The notes below the pieces were generated by a model that saw nothing but the letters and a program-made list of their open reading frames with translations, did not search any database and had not been told where the DNA came from. Shown here piece after piece: positions 46,842 to 56,801 of a stretch of DNA of 64,000 bases. The stretch lies in assembly GCA_965116875.1 (NCBI GenBank), contig OZ220733.1:4576001-4640000 (forward strand). The letters are read 5' to 3'. The DNA comes from Candidatus Latescibacterota bacterium (GTDB taxonomy: Bacteria > Latescibacterota > UBA2968 > GCA-2709665). Numbering within the stretch: position 1 is the stretch's first letter; each line of letters begins with the position of its first letter. The translations under genes and the position numbers were made by a program.

Positions 46842-48236
46842 TTGGGTAAATTCGAGACCGACAACGGTTACCGGGGCATCTGGTGGTGGGACACGCCCGC
46901 GGACAACGAGTACAAATACGTCTATTACAGCGGCGGATTTGCAACCTACACCGCCAAGCATATCCCGATGGCGTACTATTCCCCTGCGGCGCATAAGACG
47001 TATTTCTGTTACGGAGGGACGTACAGGGACAGGAACCGGATACTGGCGATGGTCTCCTGTTACGATCACGCGACCGGGACGGTCCCGAGACCGACCATCC
47101 TGATGGACAAGGGCACGGCCGACGCGCACGACAACCCTGTCCTGATGCTGGACGACCAGGGGTATATCTGGGTCTTCGTAAGCGCTCATGGGACCGCGAG
47201 GCCGGCGTATGTCTTCAAGAGTGACAGGCCCTATTCCGTGGACGCATTCGAGTGTTTGCAGGAGACGAATTTCTCCTATCCCCAACCCTGGTACGTTCGG
47301 GACCATGGATTTCTGTTTCTGCACACCAGATACCTCGGAGGCCGGTTCCTGTACGCTCAAACCAGCCCGGATGGATCAGACTGGTCTCCACCCAGGGCGT
47401 TATCGAAAATCCGCCACGGCCACTACCAGGTCAGCTGGCGATCCGGGAAGCGTGTTGGTACCGCGTTCAACTATCATCCGGTCAAAGGGCCAGGCCCGCC
47501 CAGGACCAATCTTTATTATATTCAGACCGACGATTTCGGCGAAACCTGGAAGAGTGCCGCGGGAGAGGACATGGACCTTCCGCTGACGCGCCCCTGCAAC
47601 GGCGCGATCGTGCGAGACTGCGGGAAAGAAGGCCTGCAAGTGTTCGTAAAGGATCTGAATTTCGACGCTCACGGAAATCCCGTTATCCTGATTCTGACCA
47701 GCCGGGGCATGGAGACCGGCCCCAGGAACGATCCTCGCATCTGGACAACCGTCCGGTGGACGGGCCGCGAATGGGAAACACGCGAGGCGTTTCCGTCCGA
47801 CAACAACTACGACGCGGGAGGGCTGCATATCGAACCTGACGGCGCCTGGCGGATCATCGCGCCCTCCGAGACGGGTCCTCAGCCCTACAATACGGGAGGA
47901 GAGGTGGCCGTATGGACCAGTCGCAATGAGGGGGCCGCATGGGAGAAAACCCGCATGGCAACGCGGGGAAGCATGTATAACCATACGTATGTGCGGAGGC
48001 CGGTAAACGCACATCCGGATTTCTATGCCTTCTGGGCCGATGGACATACCCGTCGGCCTTCCGATTCCCGCCTCTATTTCTGCGACATGAGCGGAGAACG
48101 CGTGTTCCGGCTGCCTGTACTGATGAGGGGGGAACAACAGGGTCCTGAACGTGTCGTCCCGTTCGCGGAGAACGAGAAAATGGAAGCCGCAGGCGACCCG
48201 GGACGTCATCAAGGATCGGGAAAGGCGGTCCGATGA
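46842..48236 (+). CDS. BNR-repeat (BNR_4-like) beta-propeller protein
   Basis: YSGG.ATY, DAHDNP, SYPQPW, Asp-boxes TDDFGETW and SRNEGAAW. Confidence 0.8.
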   Translation: MGKFETDNGYRGIWWWDTPADNEYKYVYYSGGFATYTAKHIPMAYYSPAAHKTYFCYGGTYRDRNRILAMVSCYDHATGTVPRPTILMDKGTADAHDNPVLMLDDQGYIWVFVSAHGTARPAYVFKSDRPYSVDAFECLQETNFSYPQPWYVRDHGFLFLHTRYLGGRFLYAQTSPDGSDWSPPRALSKIRHGHYQVSWRSGKRVGTAFNYHPVKGPGPPRTNLYYIQTDDFGETWKSAAGEDMDLPLTRPCNGAIVRDCGKEGLQVFVKDLNFDAHGNPVILILTSRGMETGPRNDPRIWTTVRWTGREWETREAFPSDNNYDAGGLHIEPDGAWRIIAPSETGPQPYNTGGEVAVWTSRNEGAAWEKTRMATRGSMYNHTYVRRPVNAHPDFYAFWADGHTRRPSDSRLYFCDMSGERVFRLPVLMRGEQQGPERVVPFAENEKMEAAGDPGRHQGSGKAVR

Positions 48237-49105
48237 AAGGAATCATACTCTCCGGCGGGCTGGCAACCAGGCTGTATCCGCTTACGGCATCCATTTCAAA
48301 GCAGATTCTGCCCATTTTCGACAAACCGATGATCTATTATCCGCTATCGGTTCTGATGCTTGCCAACATCAGGGAGTTCCTGATTATTTCGTCACCTGAA
48401 CATATCGAGCTCTACAGGAATCTGTTGGGTGACGGCAGCCGCCTGGGTCTGCGGTTCGACTACGCGATTCAGCCCCGTCCGGAGGGTGTTGCGCAGTCGT
48501 TCCTCATCGGCGAGGACTTCATCGGCGGCGAGCCATGTGCGCTTATTTTCGGAGACAATTTCTTCTACGGCCACGGTCTTTCCGGAATGCTGGAGCAAGC
48601 GGGCGAACACGAAGAGGGCGGTTTGGTCTTTGCGTACTACGTACAGGACCCCGAGCGATTCGGGGTGGTCGAGTTCGATGCTCAGATGAACGTGGTGGGC
48701 ATCGAAGAAAAACCGAAACGACCAAAGTCGAATTACGCGGTTACAGGGCTTTACTTCTACGACGGAAGCGTTGTGGATATCGCACGGGGATTGACGCCTT
48801 CGGACCGGGGGGAACTGGAAATCACAGACTTGAACAACGAGTACCTGGCGCGGGGTGAACTGCGGGTCCGGCTGCTGGGAAGGGGAATCGCGTACATCGA
48901 CACGGGAACACACGAAAGCCTGCTGGAAGCAAGCAACTTCGTGCAAATCGTCGAACACCGGCAGGGGTTGAAAATCGCGTGCCTGGAGGAGATTGCGTTT
49001 CGAAAAGGGTATATCACCGCGGGTCAGCTTGAAAAAATTGCGAACTTTTCGGAAGAGAACGCGTATTGTCAGTACCTGAAACGGTTGCTGGCGTCACAGA
49101 TATAA
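48233..49105 (+). CDS. rfbA: Glucose-1-phosphate thymidylyltransferase
   Basis: MKGIILSGG.ATRLYP, KPMIYYPLS, EKP, RGELEITD, DTGTHESL. Confidence 0.95.
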   Translation: MKGIILSGGLATRLYPLTASISKQILPIFDKPMIYYPLSVLMLANIREFLIISSPEHIELYRNLLGDGSRLGLRFDYAIQPRPEGVAQSFLIGEDFIGGEPCALIFGDNFFYGHGLSGMLEQAGEHEEGGLVFAYYVQDPERFGVVEFDAQMNVVGIEEKPKRPKSNYAVTGLYFYDGSVVDIARGLTPSDRGELEITDLNNEYLARGELRVRLLGRGIAYIDTGTHESLLEASNFVQIVEHRQGLKIACLEEIAFRKGYITAGQLEKIANFSEENAYCQYLKRLLASQI

Positions 49106-49293
49106 CCCGTTGAATGTCGATACGGGCCCGGAATCGACCGTCTCCCGGCATCCGATCAGCAACTCCAGTTCCCATATCCATTGTCGAGACGGTCCTGTTT
49201 CGGCATTCCGGTTGCGTATGCCCTTCGGGAGAGAATTGTCCAGTGCCTCTCTTACGATACAGCGGGCCCGGGCGAATCACTGAATGCCTCGTC

Positions 49294-49632
49294 ATGACGA
49301 GAGCGATCCGCATGGCGGCCCTTCTTGCGTTTCTCGCGGGCTGTGGCGGGGATCCATTGTCGCCTGAGAAAGCGATACTGGGCACGTGGAAGCTGACTCG
49401 GGCGGGAGACGAGCCCGTGACGGTGAACTATACGCTGGTTTTCGAAGAGAACGGCGTCTATACGTTCATAAATACGATCTTCGACGGAAGCCGGATTACG
49501 TCAACCGGTAACTGGCGAATTGAACAGGGGGCCCTGTTTCTGGATGCACTGGACTTCGGGTACTCCATTGACAATAACGAACTTACGCTCTTTGCGATGG
49601 ATGGCACGGTATTCGTCTATACGAGGCAGTAA
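49294..49632 (+). CDS. Small lipocalin-like lipoprotein
   Basis: Lipobox LAGC, ILGTWKL beta-rich domain. Confidence 0.7.
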   Translation: MTRAIRMAALLAFLAGCGGDPLSPEKAILGTWKLTRAGDEPVTVNYTLVFEENGVYTFINTIFDGSRITSTGNWRIEQGALFLDALDFGYSIDNNELTLFAMDGTVFVYTRQ

Positions 49633-49788
49633 CACCCCCCGGGATCTCCATATCTCCCTCCGAAAAACAGCGGAGCCGAGAGGCATCGTCATGAGTGCGA
49701 AGAAGCTCCGGTAACGGCACGCGGCGCACGGACGAATCGCACCGAGAACGTGGGATCCGGACGGCGAAAAGCGTCGCCAGGACAGGGA

Positions 49789-51165
49789 ATGCGCATTGAT
49801 CCTTCCATTTGCCCGAGGGACCTGAGTTCCGGACTGGACCGGTGTTTCGAACTCGCACGGGGCAAAGTCACGTCCATATCCGAGACGTGGGATCCCCGTC
49901 GCGGCGCGCCGGTCTATACGGTAGACGGGAAATACGCCACCCGGGGCTGGACGGAATGGACGCAGGGATTCCAATACGGGTGCTCGATCCTGCTGTTCGA
50001 TGCCCTTGGAGAGAAGCGGTTTCTGGATATCGGTCGCCGGGGAACCGTAGAACGTATGGCGCCGCATCTGACCCACATGGGTGTGCACGACCACGGATTC
50101 AACAACGTATCGACGTATGGAAATCTCAGGCGGCTGATGCTTGAAGGCGCCATCCCGGACGATTCCTGGGAACTGCAGTTTTACGAGCTTGCCCTTAAAG
50201 CGTCCGGCGCGGTGCAGGCGGCCCGCTGGACGACGATTCGGGACGGAAAGGGGTATATTCCCTCGTTTAACGGCGCCCATTCACTGTTTTCCGATACGAT
50301 TCGCACCTGCCGATCCCTCGGACTCGCGCACGGATTGGGCCACGTCCTGATGGGGGAGAACGACCGGGCGATTTCGCTTCTCGATCGCATGATCGAACAC
50401 GCGGAGACCACGGCCAGGTTCAATGTATATTACGGCGACGGCCGCGATTCGTACGACATCAGGGGGCGGGTGGCGCACGAGTCCATTTTCAACGTTGATG
50501 ACGGCAATTACAGATGTCCGGGCACACAACAGGGATATTCTCCCTTTTCCACGTGGACGCGGGGCCTCGCCTGGATCGTCGCCGGATATTCAGAATTGCT
50601 GGAATATCTGGATGTCGTCGATGATGAAGACCTTTCGGGGTGCGGCGGCCGGGGCCGCGTGACGGAATTCATGACCCGGGCGGCAACGGCGGCGGCGGAC
50701 TACTACGTTGACGGCGCATCCGCGGCGGACGGCATCCCTTACTGGGATACCGGGGCGCCGGGATTGACTCAAATGGGAGACTATCTGGGCCGGGCCGCGG
50801 ACCCGTACAATGAATTCGAGCCCGTGGACAGTTCGGCGGCCGCGATTGCGGCACAAGGACTGTACCGGCTGGGCAGGTACCTTGGCGACGTGGCGGGCGC
50901 GACGTATACGAGGGCCGCGTTAACGGTCGCCCGAACGTTGTTCGACGCCCCGTACCTGTCCGACGATGCGAATCACGAGGGGCTGATCCTGCATTCGACT
51001 TATCACCGGCCCAATGGATGGGACCATCGCCGGGAAGGTCAGAACGTGCCAAACGGGGAAGCCTCGATGTGGGGAGACTATCACGCTCTGGAACTGGCGG
51101 TCCTGCTGAAGCGTGAAATAACCGGGCAGCCGTATCTCACGTTCTTTAACGAGAATCCCGGCTGA
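49789..51165 (+). CDS. Glycoside hydrolase family 88-like (unsaturated glucuronyl hydrolase-like) protein
   Basis: WTEWTQGF, HDHGF, STWTRGLAW, IPYWD, DSSAAAIAA, WGDY. Confidence 0.82.
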   Translation: MRIDPSICPRDLSSGLDRCFELARGKVTSISETWDPRRGAPVYTVDGKYATRGWTEWTQGFQYGCSILLFDALGEKRFLDIGRRGTVERMAPHLTHMGVHDHGFNNVSTYGNLRRLMLEGAIPDDSWELQFYELALKASGAVQAARWTTIRDGKGYIPSFNGAHSLFSDTIRTCRSLGLAHGLGHVLMGENDRAISLLDRMIEHAETTARFNVYYGDGRDSYDIRGRVAHESIFNVDDGNYRCPGTQQGYSPFSTWTRGLAWIVAGYSELLEYLDVVDDEDLSGCGGRGRVTEFMTRAATAAADYYVDGASAADGIPYWDTGAPGLTQMGDYLGRAADPYNEFEPVDSSAAAIAAQGLYRLGRYLGDVAGATYTRAALTVARTLFDAPYLSDDANHEGLILHSTYHRPNGWDHRREGQNVPNGEASMWGDYHALELAVLLKREITGQPYLTFFNENPG

Positions 51166-51214
51166 TTTGATACCGGCTGGATGGTGCGTCAGACGGGAGA
51201 CCGGTTACTGAAAA

Positions 51215-52075
51215 ATGAAATCTGCCAAACCGATCGCTACACGGAAACCAGGCTTGAAGGCGCACGGTCACGCTGCAGTGGCTATACTGCTGATTGCGTT
51301 GTGGTCCGCGCCTGTGGGGAGCGGAGACGCGACGCCGTTCGACTTTGGGCCTCTCAACCGCATGCTGGGCAGGTTCGTGGACTCGCGAGGCCGGGTCGAC
51401 TACGCAGGGATCAAGGCTGAGCCGACCGACCTCCGAATGATCCTGGCGCGTCTCAGGGAGGCGAGCCCGGAGAGCCACCCCGCGATGTTTCCCTCGCGGG
51501 AAGACAGGCTGGCATACTGGATCAACGCGTACAACGCGCTTGTCATCGCCGGGGTGGTCAATGCGTATCCCGCGACGAGCGTCAAGAACATCCATCCGCA
51601 GCCGGGATTCTTCAAGGTGTTCCACGTCGTCGGCGGCAAGTCCAGATCGCTTGACGACATCGAGCACAAAATTATACGCAAGAAATTCGGCGATCCACGA
51701 ATCCACGCCGCCTTGAACTGCGCCGCGGCATCCTGTCCACGGCTGAGACCCGAAGTCTTTTTGCCTGCCCGGTTGGAAAATCAGCTGGACGCCGCCGTTC
51801 GGGAGTTTATCCGCGATCCGCAGCACGTCAGGGTGGACCGTAACAGCGGGACACTCGTACTCTCAAAAATCCTCGACTGGTTCGGGAGTGATTTCACCGA
51901 ATGGTATAAACGCACGTATCGTGTCGATCATGTTCGCATTACGGACTATCTGAATCTCCATCTCGACGAGGAAGATCGCGCCTATCTGCGCGCACGCCCT
52001 CAGATCACCATCAGATACCTTCCGTACGATTGGACGCTGAACGACCTTGCGCTGCACCCGGATGCAATCCGTTGA
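51215..52075 (+). CDS. DUF547 domain protein (secreted)
   Basis: VDY, LAYWINAYNA, LDDIEH, DPRIHAALNCAAASCP, YDWTLN. Confidence 0.9.
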   Translation: MKSAKPIATRKPGLKAHGHAAVAILLIALWSAPVGSGDATPFDFGPLNRMLGRFVDSRGRVDYAGIKAEPTDLRMILARLREASPESHPAMFPSREDRLAYWINAYNALVIAGVVNAYPATSVKNIHPQPGFFKVFHVVGGKSRSLDDIEHKIIRKKFGDPRIHAALNCAAASCPRLRPEVFLPARLENQLDAAVREFIRDPQHVRVDRNSGTLVLSKILDWFGSDFTEWYKRTYRVDHVRITDYLNLHLDEEDRAYLRARPQITIRYLPYDWTLNDLALHPDAIR

Positions 52076-52082
52076 CTCGTGA

Positions 52083-52176
52083 ACCCAAATTCAAAAAAAC
52101 TGCAACCGGGCGTCGTGATAAAACCCACCGAAACGGGGTGGTAGCGTCGTCCGGTCGGACATTTTTCCGTTCACGT
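52083..52176 (+). repeat. Conserved ~90-nt intergenic element, copy B
   Basis: Homologous to the reverse complement of 24667-24757. Confidence 0.8.
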
Positions 52177-52294
52177 ACGAAACGGCGCAAGGAGACAGGT
52201 CTTCGGCAACATTGCCGTGCCTTGCCGTCCGATTGGTACCCCTACATGAATGAAGGAAAACTTCCCGTCCGCCGTTTACGCAAAGGAGAAGTCC

Positions 52295-53308
52295 ATGGGT
52301 GCGCCGCCGGAACTGCTTGCGATTCAGCCCCGTATAAAGGATGAAACACCCACCGAACCGTTGTCGTTCGGAGCGCGTCTGAGACGCGAGGGTGTCGTTC
52401 TGCGGCGTGAGGCACTGGAGACGCTTCAGATCAACGTCGGGAAACTGTGCAACCAGGCGTGCAGGCACTGTCACGTGGATGCCGGTCCCCACCGGACGGA
52501 AGTGATGACTCGGGAAACGATGCGGGGTATCCTGACGTTTCTCGCCGCCACGGATATTCCCCTGGTGGATATCACGGGCGGAGCGCCGGAGGTGAACCCC
52601 GATTTCAGATATCTGGTGAAACAGGTCCGGCGGCTTGGTCGCAGCGTGATGGTACGGTGCAACCTTACCGTGGTTTTTGAGCCGGGCCTGGAAGACCTGC
52701 CTGACTTCTACCGTGAGCACGAGGTGGAACTGGTCTGTTCACTGCCGTGTTACCTGGAGGAAAATGTCGATCAGCAACGTGGAAAGGGCGTATTCTTCGA
52801 TAGCATCGAGGCGCTCAGACGTCTGAATGCAATCGGATACGGAAAGCCGGACTCGGACCTGCGGCTTCACCTTGTATACAATCCGGTCGGAGCGTCGCTC
52901 CCGCCGCCGCAGCACGAACTCGAGGCCGACTATAAACGGATACTTGACGAGCGCTACGGCATTTCCTTCAATCGGCTCTTTACAATAACGAATATGCCGA
53001 TCAGCCGGTTTAACGACTATCTGAGGCGTCGCGGGGAGTACGACAGCTACACCCGGACGTTGCGGGATCAGTTCAACGCGCAGACGATCGATAACCTGAT
53101 GTGTCGTTTTCTCGTGAGCGTCGATTGGGAAGGCAATATCTACGACTGCGACTTCAACCAGATGCTGGACATGCATCTGTCCGGGCAGCCGAAGAAACTG
53201 TGGGAGGTGTCGCCGGAGTGGTTGGTGGACAGGAGGATCCGTATCGCCGACCATTGTTACGGTTGCACCGCCGGCGCCGGAAGCAGTTGCGGCGGTGAAC
53301 TGGCTTGA
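52295..53308 (+). CDS. arsS: Arsenosugar biosynthesis radical SAM protein ArsS (DUF3641)
   Basis: TLQINVGKLCNQACRHCHVDAGP, DITGGAPE, YDCDFNQ, HCYGCTAGAGSSCGG; SD AAAGGAG before ATG 52295 (alternative start 52250). Confidence 0.9.
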   Translation: MGAPPELLAIQPRIKDETPTEPLSFGARLRREGVVLRREALETLQINVGKLCNQACRHCHVDAGPHRTEVMTRETMRGILTFLAATDIPLVDITGGAPEVNPDFRYLVKQVRRLGRSVMVRCNLTVVFEPGLEDLPDFYREHEVELVCSLPCYLEENVDQQRGKGVFFDSIEALRRLNAIGYGKPDSDLRLHLVYNPVGASLPPPQHELEADYKRILDERYGISFNRLFTITNMPISRFNDYLRRRGEYDSYTRTLRDQFNAQTIDNLMCRFLVSVDWEGNIYDCDFNQMLDMHLSGQPKKLWEVSPEWLVDRRIRIADHCYGCTAGAGSSCGGELA

Positions 53309-53351
53309 AGGTCGACAGCCCGCTTGCGGTCTCAGCCGGAAGGTGTACGAA

Positions 53352-53380
53352 GGGGTCGCCCCGCTCGAGGGGGCGACCCC
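53352..53380. terminator. GC-rich hairpin between convergent arsS and arsC
   Basis: GGGGTCGCCCC/GGGGCGACCCC perfect 11-bp stem. Confidence 0.55.
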
Positions 53381-53383
53381 GGT

Positions 53384-53800
53384 TTATTGCCCGCCGGCAT
53401 CGAGAAACGCACGTATTCGGCCGCGTATCTCGCCTCTGACCCGCCGAAAGACGGTCATGCGCTCCGCTTCGGTTCCGGTTGATGCCGCCGGATCGTCGAA
53501 TTCCCAATGGAGACGTTGGGTGGCGCCCGGGTAGACGGGGCAGTTTTCATTTGCCCGGTTGCAAACGGTGATGACCACGTCCATCCGGGGGTCCGCGAAG
53601 GTATCCGGCCCCTTCGACCGGTGGCCGGAGATATCGATACCGACTTCCGCCATCGCCTTCACCGCAAGCGGGTTCAGGGGCGTGGGGCGGGTGCCTGCGC
53701 TGAAAGACTCGAACCGGTCTCCCGTGAGATGACGGAGAAAGCCTTCCGCCATCTGGCTCCTGCAGGAGTTTCCGGTGCAGAGGAACAATACGCGCTTCAT
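53384..53800 (-). CDS. arsC: Arsenate reductase ArsC (LMW-PTP fold, thioredoxin type)
   Basis: VLFLCTGNSCRSQMAEG, ITVC, CP, HW.FDDP, FRRVR. Confidence 0.92.
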   Translation of the reverse strand: MKRVLFLCTGNSCRSQMAEGFLRHLTGDRFESFSAGTRPTPLNPLAVKAMAEVGIDISGHRSKGPDTFADPRMDVVITVCNRANENCPVYPGATQRLHWEFDDPAASTGTEAERMTVFRRVRGEIRGRIRAFLDAGGQ

Positions 53801-53905
53801 ATCGTCGCCTGTTGGGTTCATCTGCGGGTTTCGGACGGGATGACGTCAACCGAAAGGGTAACCGACGATGGAGGCAGGCAACAGGGTCGTCCGCAACGCA
53901 GGGAA

Positions 53906-55153
53906 TCAGCGGGTAAACGCATGCTTGATCTTGTCCACGGCCTCCACAATGTCGTCCAGGTCGTCCCGGGAGCCCAGGAGCATGGACTGGTAGAACCATA
54001 CGCTGTGCCTGCATACGGTTTCAACGTTCGGACAAGGCAGCCTGCGGACGGTATCGGGATATGTGTGCGAGACGCTCTTCAGGGCGCCCTCGTCCGTGAG
54101 CGGTCTCCTGTAGCCAGGGGTGCAGTCGATGCCTTCCGCGGTCAGGGCCGTGATGAATTCGTCTCTGCTTCGACCGCCGAACTGCTCCGGGTCGTAACGC
54201 GTCATGTAGAGATGGTACCCGTGCCGCGTGACCCAGGGCCGGGTCAGGGGCGGGGTTACGCCTCCGATTCTTCGCAGTTCCCCGGTCAGATAGGCCGCGT
54301 TGCTGCTTCGAACCTCGGTCTGAAGCTGAAGGCTCTCGAGCCTGACCAGAAGGAGGCACGCGAGGTACTCGGACGTTCTGTAATTCCATCCGTGCCGCGG
54401 GTATTCCCAGCGTTCGCCTCCGGGCCGCCGGCCGACGTCCCTGAACGCGCACGCCCGTTCGTAGATGTGCGCTTGGTCGGTGACGAGACAGCCTCCTTCG
54501 CCGGCCGTCAGGTTCTTGCTCGACTGAAAGCTGTAGGCGCCGACGTCGCCGAGCGGGCCGACTTTCCGCCCGTTATGTTCGGCGCCGTGGGCCTGGGCGG
54601 CATCTTCAACGACCGCCAGCCCGTGTTTGTCCGCAATGGCGTTCAGGGCGTCCATATCCGCGGGGTGCCCGCCCAGATGCACGGGAAGAATGCCGACTGT
54701 CCGATCGGTTATGGCCGCCTGCACCGCATTCGGGTCGAGCGTAAAACTCACCGGGTCGATATCCACCAGCGCCAGCCTGCAGCGCACCGAAAGGGCAGCG
54801 CTGGCCGTAGCGATAAACGTATAGTTCGGAATGATGATCTCCCCGCCTTCCCGGAGGCCGTCGAGATCGAGCGCTCCCGCGATGGATGCGGAAATCGCGT
54901 CGGTACCATGCGGCATCATCAGGCCGTAGCGAGCGCCGCAATAGGCCGCGAACGCGTTACCGAACCGGTCGCTCCTGTTTGCCGGAAGCCCCTCTGTCTT
55001 TTCAAGGTAGACTTCCCGAAGCGACGGCTCGATTTCCCGTTTCCACTCCGACTCTGTATTGACGGGCCAGGAAGGCCACGGTTTCGTGAGCCGATCGCGT
55101 ACGGGCGTGCCCCCGTTCACCGCCAACCGGTCTGCAGAAATCACATTCGGCAT
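53906..55153 (-). CDS. DegT/DnrJ/EryC1/StrS family aminotransferase
   Basis: PNYTFIATA, VEDAAQAHGA, SFQSSKNLTAGEGG, GWNYR. Confidence 0.92.
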   Translation of the reverse strand: MPNVISADRLAVNGGTPVRDRLTKPWPSWPVNTESEWKREIEPSLREVYLEKTEGLPANRSDRFGNAFAAYCGARYGLMMPHGTDAISASIAGALDLDGLREGGEIIIPNYTFIATASAALSVRCRLALVDIDPVSFTLDPNAVQAAITDRTVGILPVHLGGHPADMDALNAIADKHGLAVVEDAAQAHGAEHNGRKVGPLGDVGAYSFQSSKNLTAGEGGCLVTDQAHIYERACAFRDVGRRPGGERWEYPRHGWNYRTSEYLACLLLVRLESLQLQTEVRSSNAAYLTGELRRIGGVTPPLTRPWVTRHGYHLYMTRYDPEQFGGRSRDEFITALTAEGIDCTPGYRRPLTDEGALKSVSHTYPDTVRRLPCPNVETVCRHSVWFYQSMLLGSRDDLDDIVEAVDKIKHAFTR

Positions 55154-55306
55154 GGGTTCTCCATCGAGCGGACCGGGATCTTTCCTTCATTTCCGGCCAT
55201 GTGAATTGGAATTTGCCTATGAGAAAAAAGCCTTACGCCGGGACGACGGAGGCGCCAGCAAAAAAAAAGCGCGAATCAGGAAACCGGCCGCTCCTGCAGA
55301 CAGGAG

Positions 55307-56548
55307 TCAACCGGTCACGAGTTCGCACGCGGCGGCACGGACCCGTCTCTCGCCGTCCACCGCAAGCCCGGCATATCTGGGTTCCATGCCCCCTTCCCGG
55401 TGGGCCCGGGAGGTACTCAGGTAACCGACGTCGGCGGTTGGACCCGACAGGACGACCGTGAGCGCACCCCGCGCCGCCGACCTGATCGCGGACGCGGTCT
55501 CTACGAAGATTTCGCCAGGCAGATGGACAATATTGAAACCGGACACGGAGACCCGCGTTACCGTATAATCCAGAGACCGCCTGCCCGTCGCATAATGCCG
55601 GCTTCCGTAGGCCTGAAATCGTTGAAGTCCGTCCGACCGGTTCGGCGACGCTTTGAGTTCGGCCTCGACGGCATCGGGGTCCTTGTGCGCAAACGTGGGT
55701 ACCCGAATGGTTTTCCGTGTGACGTGCAGATCGTCTGAACCGTTCATGCACGCCTGTTCCAGCGCATAGAGCGCGGCGCCCCCTACACTGTTGCCCACGC
55801 GCCTGTAAGTACGTCCGGCGCGGCTTACGGGCACCACGTTTCCGATACTGCCCGGAAGAAACAACGCGTTGACACCCGCCGATTCCACCACATTGCGGAC
55901 GACGCCCGGATAATCTGCGGAAATATGCCCGTATTTGTCCGTGCTGCAAAGCGCGTGACAGCCGAAAACAATCGCACAGTGGATCGGCTTGCCCTCCGTA
56001 TCGTCAATTCGGATGACGTACACGTTATCATCCACTTCGGCATAGGTGAGTTCGGGACGGGGGTAGGGGAATTTGAAGTTGCTCATGACCAGCTTGCCGT
56101 CCCGGTCGTATGAGCGCCGGTTATAAAGGATGTTGGGAGCGGAACCGGCGCCCATGCCCAGACGGGAGGGCGCCATTGCATCGGCGGCCGCACGGATGGC
56201 AGCCGCCATATTGTCCGCGAAATCATCCTCCCTGCCGTAATATTTAAGCGCCTCGCAGGGAATGCTTACATAGGATTGAAAGAGAATGGGCGTGGTACCG
56301 ACGTGGGATGCGCAGGGGAGGATGTGATCGGGATTCAGCCATGCAATGTCTTTTACCCGTTCCCTCACGCGGACCATGATATCCTCTTCGATGCTGAAAC
56401 AGTCTCCGGCGAGGAAGGTGACGTTGGTATCCCCCTTCCGGAGGATCAGGGCGCGGAATGAAATCGGATCGTAGACCCGGAAAGAGCCGTCTGACGGTTC
56501 ATCGGGCGTGAAGTCCTGTGCGCCGAAGCCGGCATCCACCACGATCAT
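55307..56548 (-). CDS. Neutral/alkaline ceramidase-like hydrolase family protein
   Basis: ASH, NRR, FGCHA, SADYPG, LPGSIGN, PGEIF, GY pattern. Confidence 0.65.
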   Translation of the reverse strand: MIVVDAGFGAQDFTPDEPSDGSFRVYDPISFRALILRKGDTNVTFLAGDCFSIEEDIMVRVRERVKDIAWLNPDHILPCASHVGTTPILFQSYVSIPCEALKYYGREDDFADNMAAAIRAAADAMAPSRLGMGAGSAPNILYNRRSYDRDGKLVMSNFKFPYPRPELTYAEVDDNVYVIRIDDTEGKPIHCAIVFGCHALCSTDKYGHISADYPGVVRNVVESAGVNALFLPGSIGNVVPVSRAGRTYRRVGNSVGGAALYALEQACMNGSDDLHVTRKTIRVPTFAHKDPDAVEAELKASPNRSDGLQRFQAYGSRHYATGRRSLDYTVTRVSVSGFNIVHLPGEIFVETASAIRSAARGALTVVLSGPTADVGYLSTSRAHREGGMEPRYAGLAVDGERRVRAAACELVTG

Positions 56549-56652
56549 CTCCTTATGTAGAGGTTCAGTTGAGAAAGTGGTTCATTGATAGCGCAATTGG
56601 CAGGTCGCGTCAAGCCATTTCGCGGCATTCCCGCCCCGCCGGGCCGCGGATC

Positions 56653-56681
56653 TTGACGTATCCGCCGGCATGGGTTACATT
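56653..56681 (+). promoter_or_regulatory. Sigma70-like promoter
   Basis: TTGACG-17 nt-TACATT upstream of the FAD/Fe-S oxidoreductase. Confidence 0.55.
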
Positions 56682-56801
56682 ATCGCCTTGTCCGCGCCGG
56701 TATGGTCGCTTCGTCAGGGGTTTCGCGGACGGTAACAGTTGCAAACCGATGCTGGTGCGTGTCAGGGCGCCGGTGGCGCTGGACGACGCAAGGGAGATTT
56801 G

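Noticed and set aside
53270-53308. Selenocysteine readthrough in the ArsS C-terminal GSSxGG motif
   Set aside because: The codon is TGC (Cys); the TGA follows ELA and is a normal stop.
53352-53380. GTCGCCCC...GGGGCG resembling the 5' half of a I-C repeat
   Set aside because: Lacks TGGATTGAAAC, is a perfect palindrome and lies between convergent genes, so a terminator/REP is more likely.
53507-55204. 565-aa plus-strand ORF
   Set aside because: Antisense shadow of the DegT aminotransferase and arsC; no motifs; typical of GC-rich codon bias.
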